Shown here piece after piece: positions 23,200 to 36,413 of a DNA stretch of 64,000 nt (its first letter is position 1; the number at the start of each line of letters is the position of its first letter). Position numbers and translations under genes: made by a program. Under the pieces are notes generated by a model. That model ran no database searches and was not told the origin of the DNA. It saw only the letters and a list, made by a program, of their open reading frames with translations. The DNA is taken from the NCBI GenBank assembly GCA_951406725.2, contig OX597818.1:94922001-94986000 (forward strand), read 5' to 3'. Source of the DNA: Octopus vulgaris (Eukaryota).

Positions 23200-25375
23200 G
23201 CAGTAATTATTAAAATAAAAAGTTAAATTCTGGCCCAAAGGCCACAGCCTTTTGGACAGCTTGTCAGCCTCTATACAAAGACAAAAAAATTAAACTTTCT
23301 ACCATGCGGATGTGAGGAAACGCTCAGATATCGTGATCTAATGGCTAACATATAAAGACATTAATGAGGAGGGGGTTATCTCACCTGGACCAGAGGATAA
23401 AACAACCCTTATAGACCCAAAATAGCCTAACCAGCAAACAGGGAGATCCAATTTTCCAGTAGGTAGCCCTTGAAATGGACACATTTAGAGAAAACTTCCT
23501 TATGACTATTTAATGCGCCAGGTTTAGCATACTCCTCAAGAATTTTAGATCTCTCTATGACGCAGATTTTGCAATGGCCACTCCTATTAATATATGGGCT
23601 TGGGTGTTCTTTTATTTTCCACCTAATGTCACATGGGGTCCCTTAATCTTTGAAGCACCACGCATGGCTGGCCAGGGATATGACAAAACATCTTTCTGAG
23701 ACTCTGAAGGATGACTGGTGGTTATGGAAGTGACGTTTGAAAGATGTACTCGCCGATCTGATATATTTACAAACTTGTGATGTGGCTATGTTCGCACTCC
23801 TGGTATATCTCTAGTAGGCTCTGGGCCTGGGGATACTGTTGGTAACACCGTTGCTGACATTGTCAATATGGCACAGTGATCCAGTGGTGTTATTGCTATG
23901 GATATCATTTCTGGTCATATGGTTGGCAATGAAGCTGCTGGTGTTAGTGTGGGTGTTGGTAACATATGGTGCGGGGCTTGTCATTCCATTGGTGTCGATG
24001 ATAATTGCTTGGTCATCATCTGTGGTGGTTGTACTGGGGACGCCGGATACCCCTTCTGTGTCTCTGGTCCTGGATTGGTCATCGTCTCTAGGTGTGGCAA
24101 TTGTACCAGTGGTAACATATGGTGTGGTCACTCTATTGGTGTCAATGATAAGGGTTTGTTTATCATCTGTGGTAGTGTTACAAGGATTTCTTGGCTAGAG
24201 GATAGATTCGAGATTCTCTTGCTTATACCCTTCACTAGGTTCTTGAAAACTATAGTGGGGTAGTAGGAGGCTGTGCCAATAAAGGACAGCTTCTCATTTA
24301 GCTTGTGATAGGGTCTATATGTACCAGAGCCTAGATCTAAAGTAACATCAAGGAAATCTACTGTGAGATTAGTCTCAATGGTGATCTTGAGTCCCATTGA
24401 GCCTAGGGCACTAATTAGGTCCTTTCTAAGTCTAGCTAGTGTGTGCCTGTTGGCTCCTCTTGAGATGGCTAGCGCGTCATCTCTGTAAAGACTGAAAAGG
24501 ACCAAAGGAAACCTCTTCTCTACGATGTCCGGGATGTATAGTCTGATAAGATCACTGACATTGATGCTGTCATAGGCTCTCATAGCTACTTCGAAGGAGC
24601 CCTTGGGGTCAGACTGCTTGACCCACATCTAATCTTTGTTGAACAGCACCATCTTCCTGACATGCATGATAACACTAATATTACTGTCACTAATATCTGT
24701 GAAGCCCTTAGCAAAGGAAAGTGCCTTCAATAACAACTCTTTTGAAATCAATGGATAAAAGTTGACAATGTCAAACTGTGTAAGCCTAGCCCTGCCTCTC
24801 CTCCGGTTGGCAATAAACCTTGAGGTCACCTCATTGGTGCTGTGCCATAGAGGGAGGCTTGTGTGCCTCCTTACATCATCATTAATCTTCCTCAGTATAT
24901 ACATACTCGCCTGGCTAATCTCAGGTTGATCAGGTGGCATTTGGGGTTAGAGGCAAAATTGAGCTTGTGGTCCTTTAAAGTGATAAAGGCATTTCTCTTG
25001 GCCAAGATCTTTACTCTGTCTGCTATACCTAGCCTAATTGCTATCTGTTTAGCTTCACAGTTAATGTTATTATAAGTGTGTCAAGGAGTGCGTCTGTATT
25101 TTTGTGTGATTGAATCATTTAAAAGCCTATTGTGTGTGTCCATCATGTATAAGTTCTTAGTCTTATCTGAGAAGATTAAGTTCTTAGTCTTATCTGAGAA
25201 GATTAGAGTTTCTTATTTTTTGTATATCTTCATGGAGTTTGCTTTGAAAAAGTAAAAAGAATTTAGGGAATTTCAGCCTGGGTATTATGCCCAGTAGGTC
25301 CACTTTGAAGGCCTCAAGTTCCTTGATTGTAGGTGGGAATTTCCTAGACTTGACACCATACATGTTGGCCTTGGT
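23200..25375 (-). mobile_element. Decayed Penelope-like element (RT + GIY-YIG endonuclease)
   Basis: Minus-strand ORFs carry QFDIVNFYP (24629-24940) and LYRDDAL, DFLDVTLDLGSGTYRPYHK (24128-24628). A frameshifted GIY-YIG-type region (..STSFKRHFHNHQSSFR..CKIC..LN..E..SKCVH) lies at ~23450-23770. Confidence 0.85.
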
Positions 25376-25394
25376 AATATATATATATATATAT

Positions 25395-25860
25395 ATATAA
25401 AATACAAAATGGGACAAGAATGCAAAACATCCGGACAACTAGGTTAAACAAAAAGGAGACAACAAAGCATCCAGAAAGATGATACAAAGAAAACAAGGAA
25501 GGGTCATTCAAAGTTTTCTATCTTCAGTCAAGAACTAGATTATCCTTGCAATTTCGGCTGATTATTCTTGAGATTGCTCCAATCTGGCCAGCCCCAAGAA
25601 AGACTAAGCTAAGAGCATTAGATTCCTTGGAAGAAAGCAGCGAATGTATACAAAAACAAGGATAGAAAAAACGGACAATGTTACACAAATATAAATACAA
25701 GAAAAAATGCAAGAAAAATAATAACAGGACATAACAACATAACAATATGTGTCTTTCGACTAAGGACAAATTGAATTAAGCTGGCATGTGTGGAAATGAA
25801 GCCTTACGGCAGAGATACAACAGTTTCACAAATACAGGGAAGAATATCGATGTTGCAGAG
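25395..25860 (-). mobile_element. Penelope-type LTR-like fragment
   Basis: A-rich/T-rich asymmetric repeat beside a (TA)n site, adjacent to the Penelope ORF; family assignment by resemblance only. Confidence 0.45.
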
Positions 25861-26287
25861 ACATATTACCAATTTGTTTCACCTGTTTTGAGGTATACAG
25901 TGTTTTTTAACACACTGTATCTTAAAGTGACTTCCCCTGCATGAAAAACTGCAGCCTGAAAGTATTTAAGCAAAACACAAACATTAAGTACAGGATATCA
26001 ATAATGCTCCCATTACTAGAGCTGCTTCTAACTCAAAAATTTAATTCTGTTTTACTTGTGTGGTGCTGTTGCATGTTAGCCGATAGATTTTATGCTATTT
26101 GCAAGTATGTCAGACTAGAATTTTGAATTCTTTTTGAAAGTTGCCCAAGTCTATGGTACTGATGAGCTGAAATAACAGGGCCAGTTCATTTCACTTGGTT
26201 TTGGGATATATACAGAGTTTTTCAAGAAACATCAATAATGTTTATGCTATTAGAGCTGCTTCTGACTCAAAATTTTATATATATATA

Positions 26288-27841
26288 TGTATATATAAAA
26301 CTGAGATTGTGTATCTGTCTGTGTGTTTCCCTAAAACTTGAGAACGACACAACCAATTTCATTCAAATTTTACACATGCCTTACTTAGGGTCCATGTAGT
26401 TTCATGGGCAAAAAAATGTTCAACTTCTTGCCTAGAGCGAGCCCATAGCAATATCATATCTTCTCCACCATTTCAGTATTGCGTGTTAAAAGTAAAACAA
26501 AAACATTTCTCTATTTTATGTCAGATGCTTTCACTTTAACAATAAAAATAATAATAACAATTGAATTATATGTAGTAAGTAATAATTAAAATCAAACTAA
26601 AGTATAATATAATTGTAGCATAACAAAAGTAAAAATAGCAATTGGTATAAAATTGCATCAATGACTTGAACTTGAATAAGTGGTTTCACATGAATGGGAA
26701 TAAATTAAAAATAAAATTAGCGTGCAGAAATGGAATAGTCCAGATGGAGCTGTGCTTTTACATTAGATTATCTGCTAATTAGCTAGCATTAAGTATCTAT
26801 ATGAAGTTTGGCTGTATATAATATCTGTTTTCTCGAACAGCCGCTTCTACAGAGTACTGCTGTTGGTTTATTTCTTATATATAAAGGACTAAAGCTTCAA
26901 CTGCTTACTGCTTTCTGATTCACCGTAAGGTTTGTTGTTATTATTATAACTGTTTAACTATTGTTATCACGTTTGTTGGTTCCTCGTAAAGGAAACATTG
27001 TTGTGTTGCATTTGTTAAATAATTGTAAACTGTAACCCTCCCCCTTTGGGAGAAGGAGCTTTGGTTATTGTTTGAAAATTGAATTGTGTCCCTGTTTGGG
27101 GAAATTGACATTATTTTCACCGTTTACACGGAAGCATTTTTGTTAGAATTCCTTCGATAGAAGAAAGTCCAAAAATGAATTTCGCAGCAGCCGTCGGCGG
27201 GCGCGAACTCATTGAAATTAAAATGGAAGAAATATGAATTGATCACCGACAAAGACGGTGAATCTATGATAACACCACCAAACGAAATAAAAAATTAAAT
27301 TAAAGAAAAGACTATTGTCTATAAAGTATACAATATAGAGAAAAAAAGATTTGAACACCTGGAGGAAAGCACCATCGAAAAGTGTCTTGGTGCGACTATG
27401 AAAGATATCTAACCAGAGGCGGTAAATTCGCCACAATAGAAGCAAGGTTCGAGTCAACGGAGCGTGCAAGGGAGTACTTGACTCGAACCTTGCAAAGTGG
27501 AAATATTTTATTTTTACCTTTATATCTGGGACGTCGAACATCCCGGATAAAAATTTAAAATGTCCCCCCAGAAGTAGAGGTAGGCTGGATTGTAACCACA
27601 CTTCTATACAAGAGGGAGGACAAGATACAATTGATCGAAATTGCAAGGGACAGGCCTACAATTCCAGTCTGTTATATATTTTGAGTATTGTTATCACTAG
27701 CGATATCAAGATATAACTTTGTATTTTGTATTTTATGTGTAGATGTATGTATATAGATGTACATGTAATATGTACACATATATATACACATATATACATG
27801 CACTAGCACTATGACCCGGCAACGACGGGTCATAATGCTAG
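26288..27841 (+). mobile_element. Non-autonomous Helitron (~1.55 kb)
   Basis: 3' end: hairpin TATGACCCG-gcaacga-CGGGTCATA (27810-27834) then CTAG|T (27838-27841). 5' end t(g)TATATATAAAACTGAG followed by TGTC-type repeats, a typical Helitron start with the TC mutated. Confidence 0.75.
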
Positions 27842-28217
27842 TATATATATATATTCTTTAGAATTTATTTGCCAAATTTTACATCAATAGAGAAGAATCC
27901 AGTTCCTAACTCAGAAACAAGCTACTGTCATTGAGATTTACTTATCAACTGCATAGTTATGAATACAAACATACATACTTACATATGTATATATGAATGG
28001 ATGTTTGTGCAAAAGTATGTGTATACGTGTATATGTACAAACATATGAATAACAGTATGTATGTATTTGCGTTTGTGTTTATGTACATGTAGATGTATGT
28101 ATGATTGTACGCTATTATTTAGGCAATACAATAGCAGCAGTGATGTTTGCCTCTCTACCAAAATCAAGACTTACAAATAACAACTTTTATGAGGTCTTCT
28201 TGTATAAACTACCTATT

Positions 28218-28446
28218 TCTTTACTACCCACAAGGGGCTAAACACAGAGGGAACAAACAAGGACAGACGAACGAATTAAGTCGATTACATCGGCCCCAGT
28301 GCGTAACTGGTGCTTAATTTATTGACCCCGAAAGGATGAAAGGTAAAGTCGTCCTCAGCGGAATTTGGACTCAGAACGTAACGGCAGACGAAATACTGCA
28401 AAGCATTTCGCCCGGCGTGCTAACGTTTCTGCCAGCTCACCGCCTT
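28218..28446 (-). mobile_element. Nin-domain-type tRNA-derived SINE
   Basis: Minus strand GGCGGTGAGCTGGCAGAAACGTTAGC...CCTTTCATCCTTTCGGGGTCAATAAA. Other copies at ~29830-30025(-), 31300-31475(-), 40047-40205(+), 45710-45915(-), 51580-51805(+), 59670-59805(+), 62425-62620(-). Confidence 0.8.
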
Positions 28447-29345
28447 TTATAAACTACCTTTAACATTCACATTATTCTCTCAGAAGTGATGCTTATTTAT
28501 TTACATTGTTTTGAATTAATCATGCATTATCTTGTAGCTTTGAGATTTCGATGAAGTAACTTAATTTTTAGAATAATATTGTAGGTTTAATGTAAGAAAC
28601 CAGATCTGGCCAGTTTGAACATAAGACAGGTAGAGTGTATTGGCTGGATATGGCCAGGTTAAATGCTAAAGGATTAAATCAAGTGTCAGTAACCTTATTA
28701 TGGCTGATAATTTTAGTACACAAGATGGGTGACATTACAATGGCTACTTTAGTGTACCTAAAGGATATTGTCATGGTACAGGGAATGGAAAAGGATCAAA
28801 TCTCTTGGGGTTCTGTGACACAAATGGTTCTATATAATTTTGTAAATTACAATAGCAATGGTATCAAGGCAGATTATGACATTTATATATTTATATGACT
28901 CGTACAGAGAAATAAATGCTCAAAAGAGTATAAATCATAAGAGATCAATGAAAATTCCTTTAAGGGATGTTCATAATGGTTGCAATATACACTGGTATAC
29001 TTCAGAAATAGCCAAAAGTAAGTCTGTTGTGTTGATAGGAGGCAGAAACAGGTCATTACAGGTAAAACATTAAAAGCTGAAAGGGACAAAGGAAGAAGGT
29101 TTGCAAATTGTCCCTTACAGTTGTCTACCCCTTTATTCTATTATACATGTATCAGCTTAATTGACAAATTGCTTATAGCCCACTTTCTTTTAGGCAATTA
29201 GCATATCATTGTATTTAAAGTTGCATTTGAAGTCAGAGTTTGAGCATGAAGATGCCCTGAGCACAAACTGTATGTACCTGAATTATCTTACAACATCATA
29301 TTACTCATAATTTTGTTATTCATAACATTAATAGTTGTTTAAGCT

Positions 29346-29590
29346 GTGAAAGTGCATGGCACAGTGGTTAGAGTGTCAGGCTCACAATCATGAGGTAGTG
29401 AGTTTGATTCCTGGCCTGACATCACTGGTGCCAAGCTGTATTGGCCTTTGCTCTTCCTTTGGATAACATCAGTGGCATAGAGAGGGAAGACTGGTATGTA
29501 TACATGGGCAACTGTTGGTCTTCCATAAACAACTTTGCCTGGACTTTTGCCTCAGAGGGGAACTTTCTAGTCATTCGTGATCGATTGGGG
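29346..29590 (+). mobile_element. tRNA-derived SINE (third head type), decayed
   Basis: GCATGGCACAGTGGTTAGAGTG..GAGTTTGATTCC A/B boxes; related heads at ~60545 and ~63965. Confidence 0.65.
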
Positions 29591-30212
29591 GGGGGGGGCT
29601 TTTTTTCTTAGTTGTTAAGATTATCTATACAGATTTTCTGTAGAAATTATAGTATAGTATGGTTGCATAACAAAGTACAGTGTCCTTACAAGCTATTAAT
29701 ATTGGTAGTGTTTGTGTAAGATACAGGCTGAACAAACATACATATAGTAAGGTTAAATATGATAGTGGTTGTCTGTCTGATGTCTTACTCAAACCACCAA
29801 GTGTTCCATAATAGAAATATTGTGTAAAATTTTGGCATGAGGCTAGTAATTTTTTAGTGGAAGTGGGTTAGTCAATCATATTGACCTTTGTGCTCAACTG
29901 GTATTTATTTTATTGATCCCAAAAGGATGAAAGGTAAAGTTGACCTCAATGGAATTTCAACTCAGAACATAAATATTCAGAAGAAATACCTGTAGACATT
30001 TCATCCAATGTGGTAACAATTCTACTATAATAAAAATAAATCCAAAACAAATATAGTTGAATTATATATTTTATTCATAGTAATAATTACATTTCAGTGA
30101 GTGTGAGAGATGATAGGGTAACAGAGGACATGTGTGTAAACAGAGCTTACTGAAAATTCCTTTAAAAAAATTATTACAACATATGTATACATTCAGCCAA
30201 ATCACAAGTTCA

Positions 30213-30878
30213 ATCATCATCGTTTAACGTCCGTTCTCCATGCTAGCATGGGTTGGACGGTTCGACCGGGGATCTGGGAAGCCAGAAGGCTGCACCAGGC
30301 TCCAGTCTTATCTGGCAATGTTTCTACAGCTGGATGCCCTTCCTAACGCCAACCACTCCATGAGTGTAGTGGGTGCTTTTTACGTGCCACCTGCACAGGC
30401 GCCAGGCGAGGCTGGCAACGGCCACGGTCGGATTGGTGTATTTTATGTGCCACTGGCACGGAAGCCAGTCGAGGCGGTGCTGGCATCGGCCACGAGTCGG
30501 ATAGTGCTTTTTACGTACCACCAGACCAGGGATCCTGACTGGTTCAATTCGATTTCGCTTGCCCCAACATGTCTTCGCAAGCAAAGGGGGTTGGCATGGG
30601 TGCCTGTCGTACAGTCGGATTGGTGTATTTTACGTGCCACCGGCACGGAAGCCAGTGGAGGCGGCACTGGCATCGGCCACGAGTCGGATAGTGCTTTTTA
30701 CGTACCACCAGACCAGGGGTCCTGGCTGGTTCAATTCGATTTCGATTTCGCTTTCGCTTGCCCCAACATGTCTTCGCAAGCAAAGGGGGTTGGCATGGGT
30801 GCCTGTCGTCGGATGAGGCTCTATATCGACTTCGCTTGCCTCAACAGGTCTTTGTGTCCAAGGGAGGAAAGGCATTCA
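30213..30878 (-). mobile_element. RTE LINE 3'UTR with internal tandem duplications
   Basis: (ATC)nGTTTAACGTCCG tail shared with the 12271 and 45636 copies; duplicated internal ~190-bp units. Confidence 0.85.
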
Positions 30879-31051
30879 TATCCAAATGTATTTGGAGTTC
30901 AAAGGATGATAATGTTAGCAAATATAAAATTGATCAGTCCATTATATAACATGCACCACTTTACATTAATTGCTCCAGATGATGTCACTCAGAGACATCT
31001 AATGTACTGTTATAAATTTTACATAGAGCATGTAAAACTATACTGTCTTTC

Positions 31052-31209
31052 TTATAAATCTTTCCTATCAACTTTACTTAGAAGGACAGTTTGAAATATT
31101 GGGAATTCTGCTCCCCAGGGAAATTTCACTGTACTTCCTGTCTCTTTTTCCAGAAAATGCAAGACTTGTTGACAGAGATCTCCACTGGTCTCTTTGCTTT
31201 CTTTTTTAT
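31052..31209 (-). CDS. Possible terminal exon of an unidentified minus-strand gene
   Basis: Unique sequence; acceptor ttactcacacAG; open frame (D)KKESKETSGDLCQQVLHFLEKETGSTVKFPWGAEFPIFQTVLLSKVDRKDL*. No family recognised. Confidence 0.25.
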
Positions 31210-31232
31210 CTGTGTGTGAGTAAAATACACAA

Positions 31233-31273
<41 letters not shown>

Positions 31274-31689
31274 ACATACACCACACACAAAACCAGTAAT
31301 TTTGAGGTATGGGGGAGTCGATTACATCAACCTCAGTGCTCAACTGGTACTTTGCCCCCAAAAGGAATAAAGACAAAGTAGAACCTCAGAAGTATTTGAA
31401 CTCAGAATGTAAAGCTGGAAAAAATGTTACTTAACATTTGGTGCAGTGTGGTAACGATTCTACCAACTTGCCGCATTACACACGTGTATAATAAATATAT
31501 GTACGTACGTACGTACGTATGTATGTATGTATGTATGTAGGTAGGTAGGTAGGCAAACATGCACAATTTTATATATTACATGCGTGGCATATACACAAGC
31601 ATATGTATGTGTAATGTATATAAACGTGGACGTTTGTGTGTATATACTAGTTATCATAGCAATGCCGAAATTCTCAAATGAAATGTTAA

Positions 31690-32560
31690 ATACAGGAAAC
31701 GGTTTAAAAATCAGTCACAACAGTAAACAAATATCGCCTGATTAGGCTGTCATTAGGTAAGATAGGGGGAATAACTTGTCACCCACCTTTACTGCCGTTT
31801 CTACTATAAACGCCCCGACCGCTCTTACTGCGGCTATCAACATCACCACCACCGTCATTCATCATTCTTTTCATTATTATTATTATTCCTGCTACCACCA
31901 ACATGACTGGTAATATCACACCATACAACCACCACCACCACCACCACCGCCACCAAAACCATTAAACACCAACACCGCTACAGCCTCCACCAGCGCTGAC
32001 AAGGCAGCACGACTACTCAACGTTATCACCACCACCATCTCGCCTACTTCAACTCTCGCCACCGCCGCCACTACTATAATCATCACTACCCCCATCATTA
32101 TCATCACCAGCAAGACCACTCATTAATGGAGGCGAGTAAGGAAGAGGGGGGTGACTCTCATTAAAATCCCCTCTCTCCCCCCACCACTTCATCCCTTTCC
32201 CCCTCACATATACATACGTATACACACCTTTTCTCTTGTCTTCCATAGTCTAGACTCTGAAAATGTTTTTCGAAGGGACCATGTCACCTGTCATTCACCT
32301 AACAAGATGGACAGCGCAGTCGTTGTTGTTGTTGTTGTGGTAGCGGTGGTGGTGATGGTGGTTGTGATCTAATGGAGGAGGAGGGGAAGTGGTCTAACAG
32401 CAGATGTCGGTTTGTGTGTGTGTGTGCGCAGCTGTAGTGGGTGAGGGTTGTTATGTGACGGCAGTGTCATAGAAGTTACTGTCCTTTTACCTTATTTATA
32501 TTCTGACGTGATTATCACCTGATTCATCTGACCACAGTCACATTGCCTACTCCACTACCT
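31690..32560. promoter_or_regulatory. CpG-retaining, GC-richer unique island (candidate enhancer/promoter)
   Basis: Many intact CpGs outside any TE; clustered TGTCA/TGACA, TAATGG, CACCTG, CAGATG, CAGCTG and TGACGTGA motifs. Confidence 0.4.
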
Positions 32561-32569
32561 TACCAAGCC

Positions 32570-32610
32570 AGCACACACGCGCCCGAACACACACACACAC
32601 ACACGCACAC

Positions 32611-32669
<59 letters not shown>

Positions 32670-33230
32670 CACACATTCACACACTCACACGTAGACATGC
32701 ACACACACACACACTCATACATATCTTTCACGCATGCATACATACACATGCACACACACATGTATACAGAGGCACTTTCACTCCACACATGTACAAACAC
32801 GCACTCTCTGTCTGTCTGTCTCTCTCTATCTCTCTCTCGTGCGCTCGCGCGCGCGTATACATGTACATATATACAGACGCAGTCTCACACACTCAAACAC
32901 ATATATAGACACAGCCTCACACTCACACGCAAGCACAAACGCATGGGCAGACACACACATGTACATACTCACAGACATACATACATACACTCACACACGC
33001 ACTCATACACATACGCACGCATACACACTCACATACATACGCACCCACATTCACACATGCACTTTCATACTCACAAACACAAACACACATACACGCACAT
33101 ACAAACATACATACACTCACATACATACACTCACATACATACACACACACACTCACACACACGCTCACACACATTCACACATATGCACTTACACACTCAC
33201 ACAAGCACACATACACAATTGCACACAACC
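32570..33230. repeat. Long degenerate (CA)n-rich tract with a short (CG)n run
   Basis: CA/CATA repeats; GCGCGCGCG near 32846-32855. Confidence 0.9.
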
Positions 33231-35383
33231 CATGACAAACAAGAACCACAGCACCTGCCATATGCCACTACCACCACCACCACCACCACAATCACCACTG
33301 CCAACACCACTACCAACACCACTACCAATATACATCAAACCATCGCTCCATCACCACTATCAGACTACTGTATCACCTCAAACATTGCACCACCACCCTC
33401 ACTCTACAAGCCCTCCACACTACAAAGACTTCACTTCCCCACACCTCAATACCACTTCTATACACAAACATCCACTAGATCACACCACCCAAGCAAGCGC
33501 ATGCGTATGACCTGCATCAATACAGCACTGACCCACTGTTTGATTACAAGCACTAAAGACAGTAACACTCGAGAGGATGAGCCAGGAGATAGAATCACTC
33601 TGTGGTCGGTCAGTTTACTAGAAAAAGCAGCTAAATCTCTCAAATCACATCCTGACTTCTGAAAAATGAAGAAGGACACATTAGACAATGTAGTCCTTGA
33701 TTCACAAAACTACAAAAATCATGGGTGGAATTCATTTGATAATAGGTCTGCTCAATTAGGACTGACTCTGGGCTAAACACCAACAGCAACAACAACACTA
33801 GGAAGGGAGCCTCTAGAAATAGTAGCCAAATCTCTCAAATTTCACACTATTCTGAGCCAGTGTAGTTCCAGATATACAAAAAGACAGGATAGCCATGGCT
33901 GGAATGCCTTTGATTACAGGTTTGCTTCGTCAAGACAGATCTGGAACTAAATAATCAATTTGACTTGCAAAGGAACCGCTAAGTGGTTATTTGACCTGCA
34001 AGAAAAAATAGTCAAATCTCTTTCAAATCACACACTACTATTCCTAAAAAAGGAAGGTATTGGATAATATGCATGACCCAAGGCCAGTTCTGCTTGAGCA
34101 GACTAGCAGGATGGCTCTGGGCTAAACAGTAACACTGGGAAGGGAGCATCAAGAAGTAACAGCCAAATCTCTCTACCCTCTAAAAATTAAGGAAGAAGAC
34201 ACTAGCCAGCATAGTTCCAAATAAGACAGGATAGCCATGGCTGGAATATCTCTGATTACAGGTTTGTGCAATCAGGACAGATTTGTGACTAAACAGGAAA
34301 AACAAAACTGGCAAAAGAACCTCTAAGTGATTGTTTGAACTGCTAGAAATAATAACCAAATCTTGGGGTTATATAGTGTCAACAGAGCCAGTAATATTTG
34401 TCAACGCTACTTGTTGTGGGGGGGTGAGGCGGTGTCCTTCCCCCCCACACACACTAATAATACTGTCATAGACCACAACATAGCACCATATTGTAAAATT
34501 TAAAACTTACTGTACACATATGCACACACTACACACATATACACACAAGTAAACACACACACACTCTCACATATACACTTATGCACACATGTACAATGCA
34601 CTCTTGCATACACACACATACACAAACACACACACTCTCTCTCTCTCACACACACACATACATACACATGGCCTTGGGTCACTAATGTTTAGTGACACAT
34701 ATACACACACATAAAACATAACATAAACATACACACACACACATAAACATGTACATACATACACACACAAACACACACACACACATATACACATACATAC
34801 ACATACACACACATGGCCTTGGATTCAGGAATGTTTTGTGAGTAAAATTCTGTAAACAGAAACTTCACAAAAGTTTTGTCAGAAAAAACAAAACAATTAT
34901 TTTTTCCTTAATGGCATATGTTAACTCATTGGATTGTTGATTGCTGGAGATCATTGCCCCTTCTCATTTAGAGTGGGTCACTGATTTGTGTTTGTTTACT
35001 TTATCTCAAAGAGAAGCTGGTTTCAATAAATTTAAAAGTTATCTTGTATGGTATTTAGTATAGCTTTAGAATTTTATGAACTGAACCATGGTTTTAATTA
35101 TTATTTTTCATCTCCCTATGTGTTAGGTTTTTTTTAAAAAAAATATTAGCCAAATATGTATAATATCGGTACTTATTAATATTAATATTAATATATACAC
35201 TGATATATATTTTGTTTTATTTTGTTCTGTTTACCTTCCTTTATTGTACCAATGTGTATTATATTATATAAGTGTAGCATTATGATGTATAAGTTTTTAT
35301 ATTTTACATTTTTATATTTTTATATTTATATGTATATGATTATATAATATTTTTCACAATTATAACAAATTTAATTTAATTCT

Positions 35384-35487
35384 CTGAAGAGGCCGTGGGG
35401 CATCCTTGTTAATGCCTCATTTATACCTGCCTTTATGGCTTATAGGTTAAATGAGGTATGACTGCCCTCACTGCCGAAACAGCTGTC
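35384..35487 (+). ncRNA. Minimal type I hammerhead ribozyme in a Penelope-type LTR
   Basis: CTGAAGA (35384-35390); helix II GGC..GTGGGGCA/TGCCCTCAC..GCC with a long inner stem; GAAA (35476-35479); palindromic helix III ACAGCTGT; GTC cleavage triplet ending 35487. Confidence 0.7.
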
Positions 35488-35898
35488 AGTTTTGATTAAT
35501 TGCATATTATATTTGAAATTTTTTACTTATATCTCTTTATCTTTTTACTATTAATGTATATCTCTTTTTGTATAATGCCTCTACTCATATGTAATGGTGT
35601 ATTAAAGTATTGATTGGGTATCATCGGATAGTTGATGTTTTATTGATTTAAGTATGTTTCTCCATTCTCTAATTTTGTAGTATATATATATATAAGCAAA
35701 TTTTCAAAATTTAAAGGGAAAAATCTGACAAGTCAGACAGTCACCGGCTGACACTCGCTGACAATACATCGAAGAGGCCAGGGAACAGAAGAAAGAAGAC
35801 ATGCACCCAACACCAGAGCTGAAGACACCTCCGAAAGAGGGGAGCCCGCCACGTCAAAACGGTAGAGGAGTAAGGGCCGAAACCAGACGTGGTTCCTC

Positions 35899-35970
35899 CT
35901 GATGATGTCTTGTGCTAATTTGATCCTATAAAGGAGCTGTTGTGGTAGCAGACCACGAAACACGGTTGTA
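35899..35970 (+). ncRNA. Second hammerhead ribozyme motif (helix I degenerate)
   Basis: CTGATGA (35899-35905); helix II TGTCT/AGACCA; GAAA (35957-35960); helix III CA-cggt-TG; GTA triplet 35968-35970. Confidence 0.5.
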
Positions 35971-36413
35971 ATTCCTCCTTGGTCTTTATTGTTCAAATTT
36001 AATGCAGCTGGCCACTCTAAGTTATTTCTTTGAGTTTATTTTTGTTTTGATTGTGCAAATTATCCTACGCCATATCCTCTACTCATAGGTAGAGCAAATC
36101 ATGCCAATATAGACAGTGGAGCATGATGTAGCCTCAGGATCCATCAGCTCCTATCAAACCATCCTACCCATGGCAGCATGGAACATGGATATCTAATGAT
36201 GATAAAGATGATGAGGATGATGATGACGAGGGCTTATAGGGTGCATGAATGCTTGTGTGGTTGAGGAGCTTGCTTCATAAACAGATGGTTCCAGGTTCAG
36301 TCCCAGTGTGTGGTACCTTGGGCAAGTATCTTCTACTATAGCCCCAGGCTGACCTAAGCTTTATGTGTAGATTTGGCAGGCGGAGACTGAAAGAATCTTG
36401 TAATATATATATA

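Noticed and set aside
30240-31094. 284-aa plus-strand ORF
   Set aside because: Mostly the antisense of a GC-rich RTE 3'UTR with tandem duplications.
32308-32318. RE1/NRSE half-site GGACAGCGC
   Set aside because: Half-site only, and REST is a chordate factor not expected in a mollusc.
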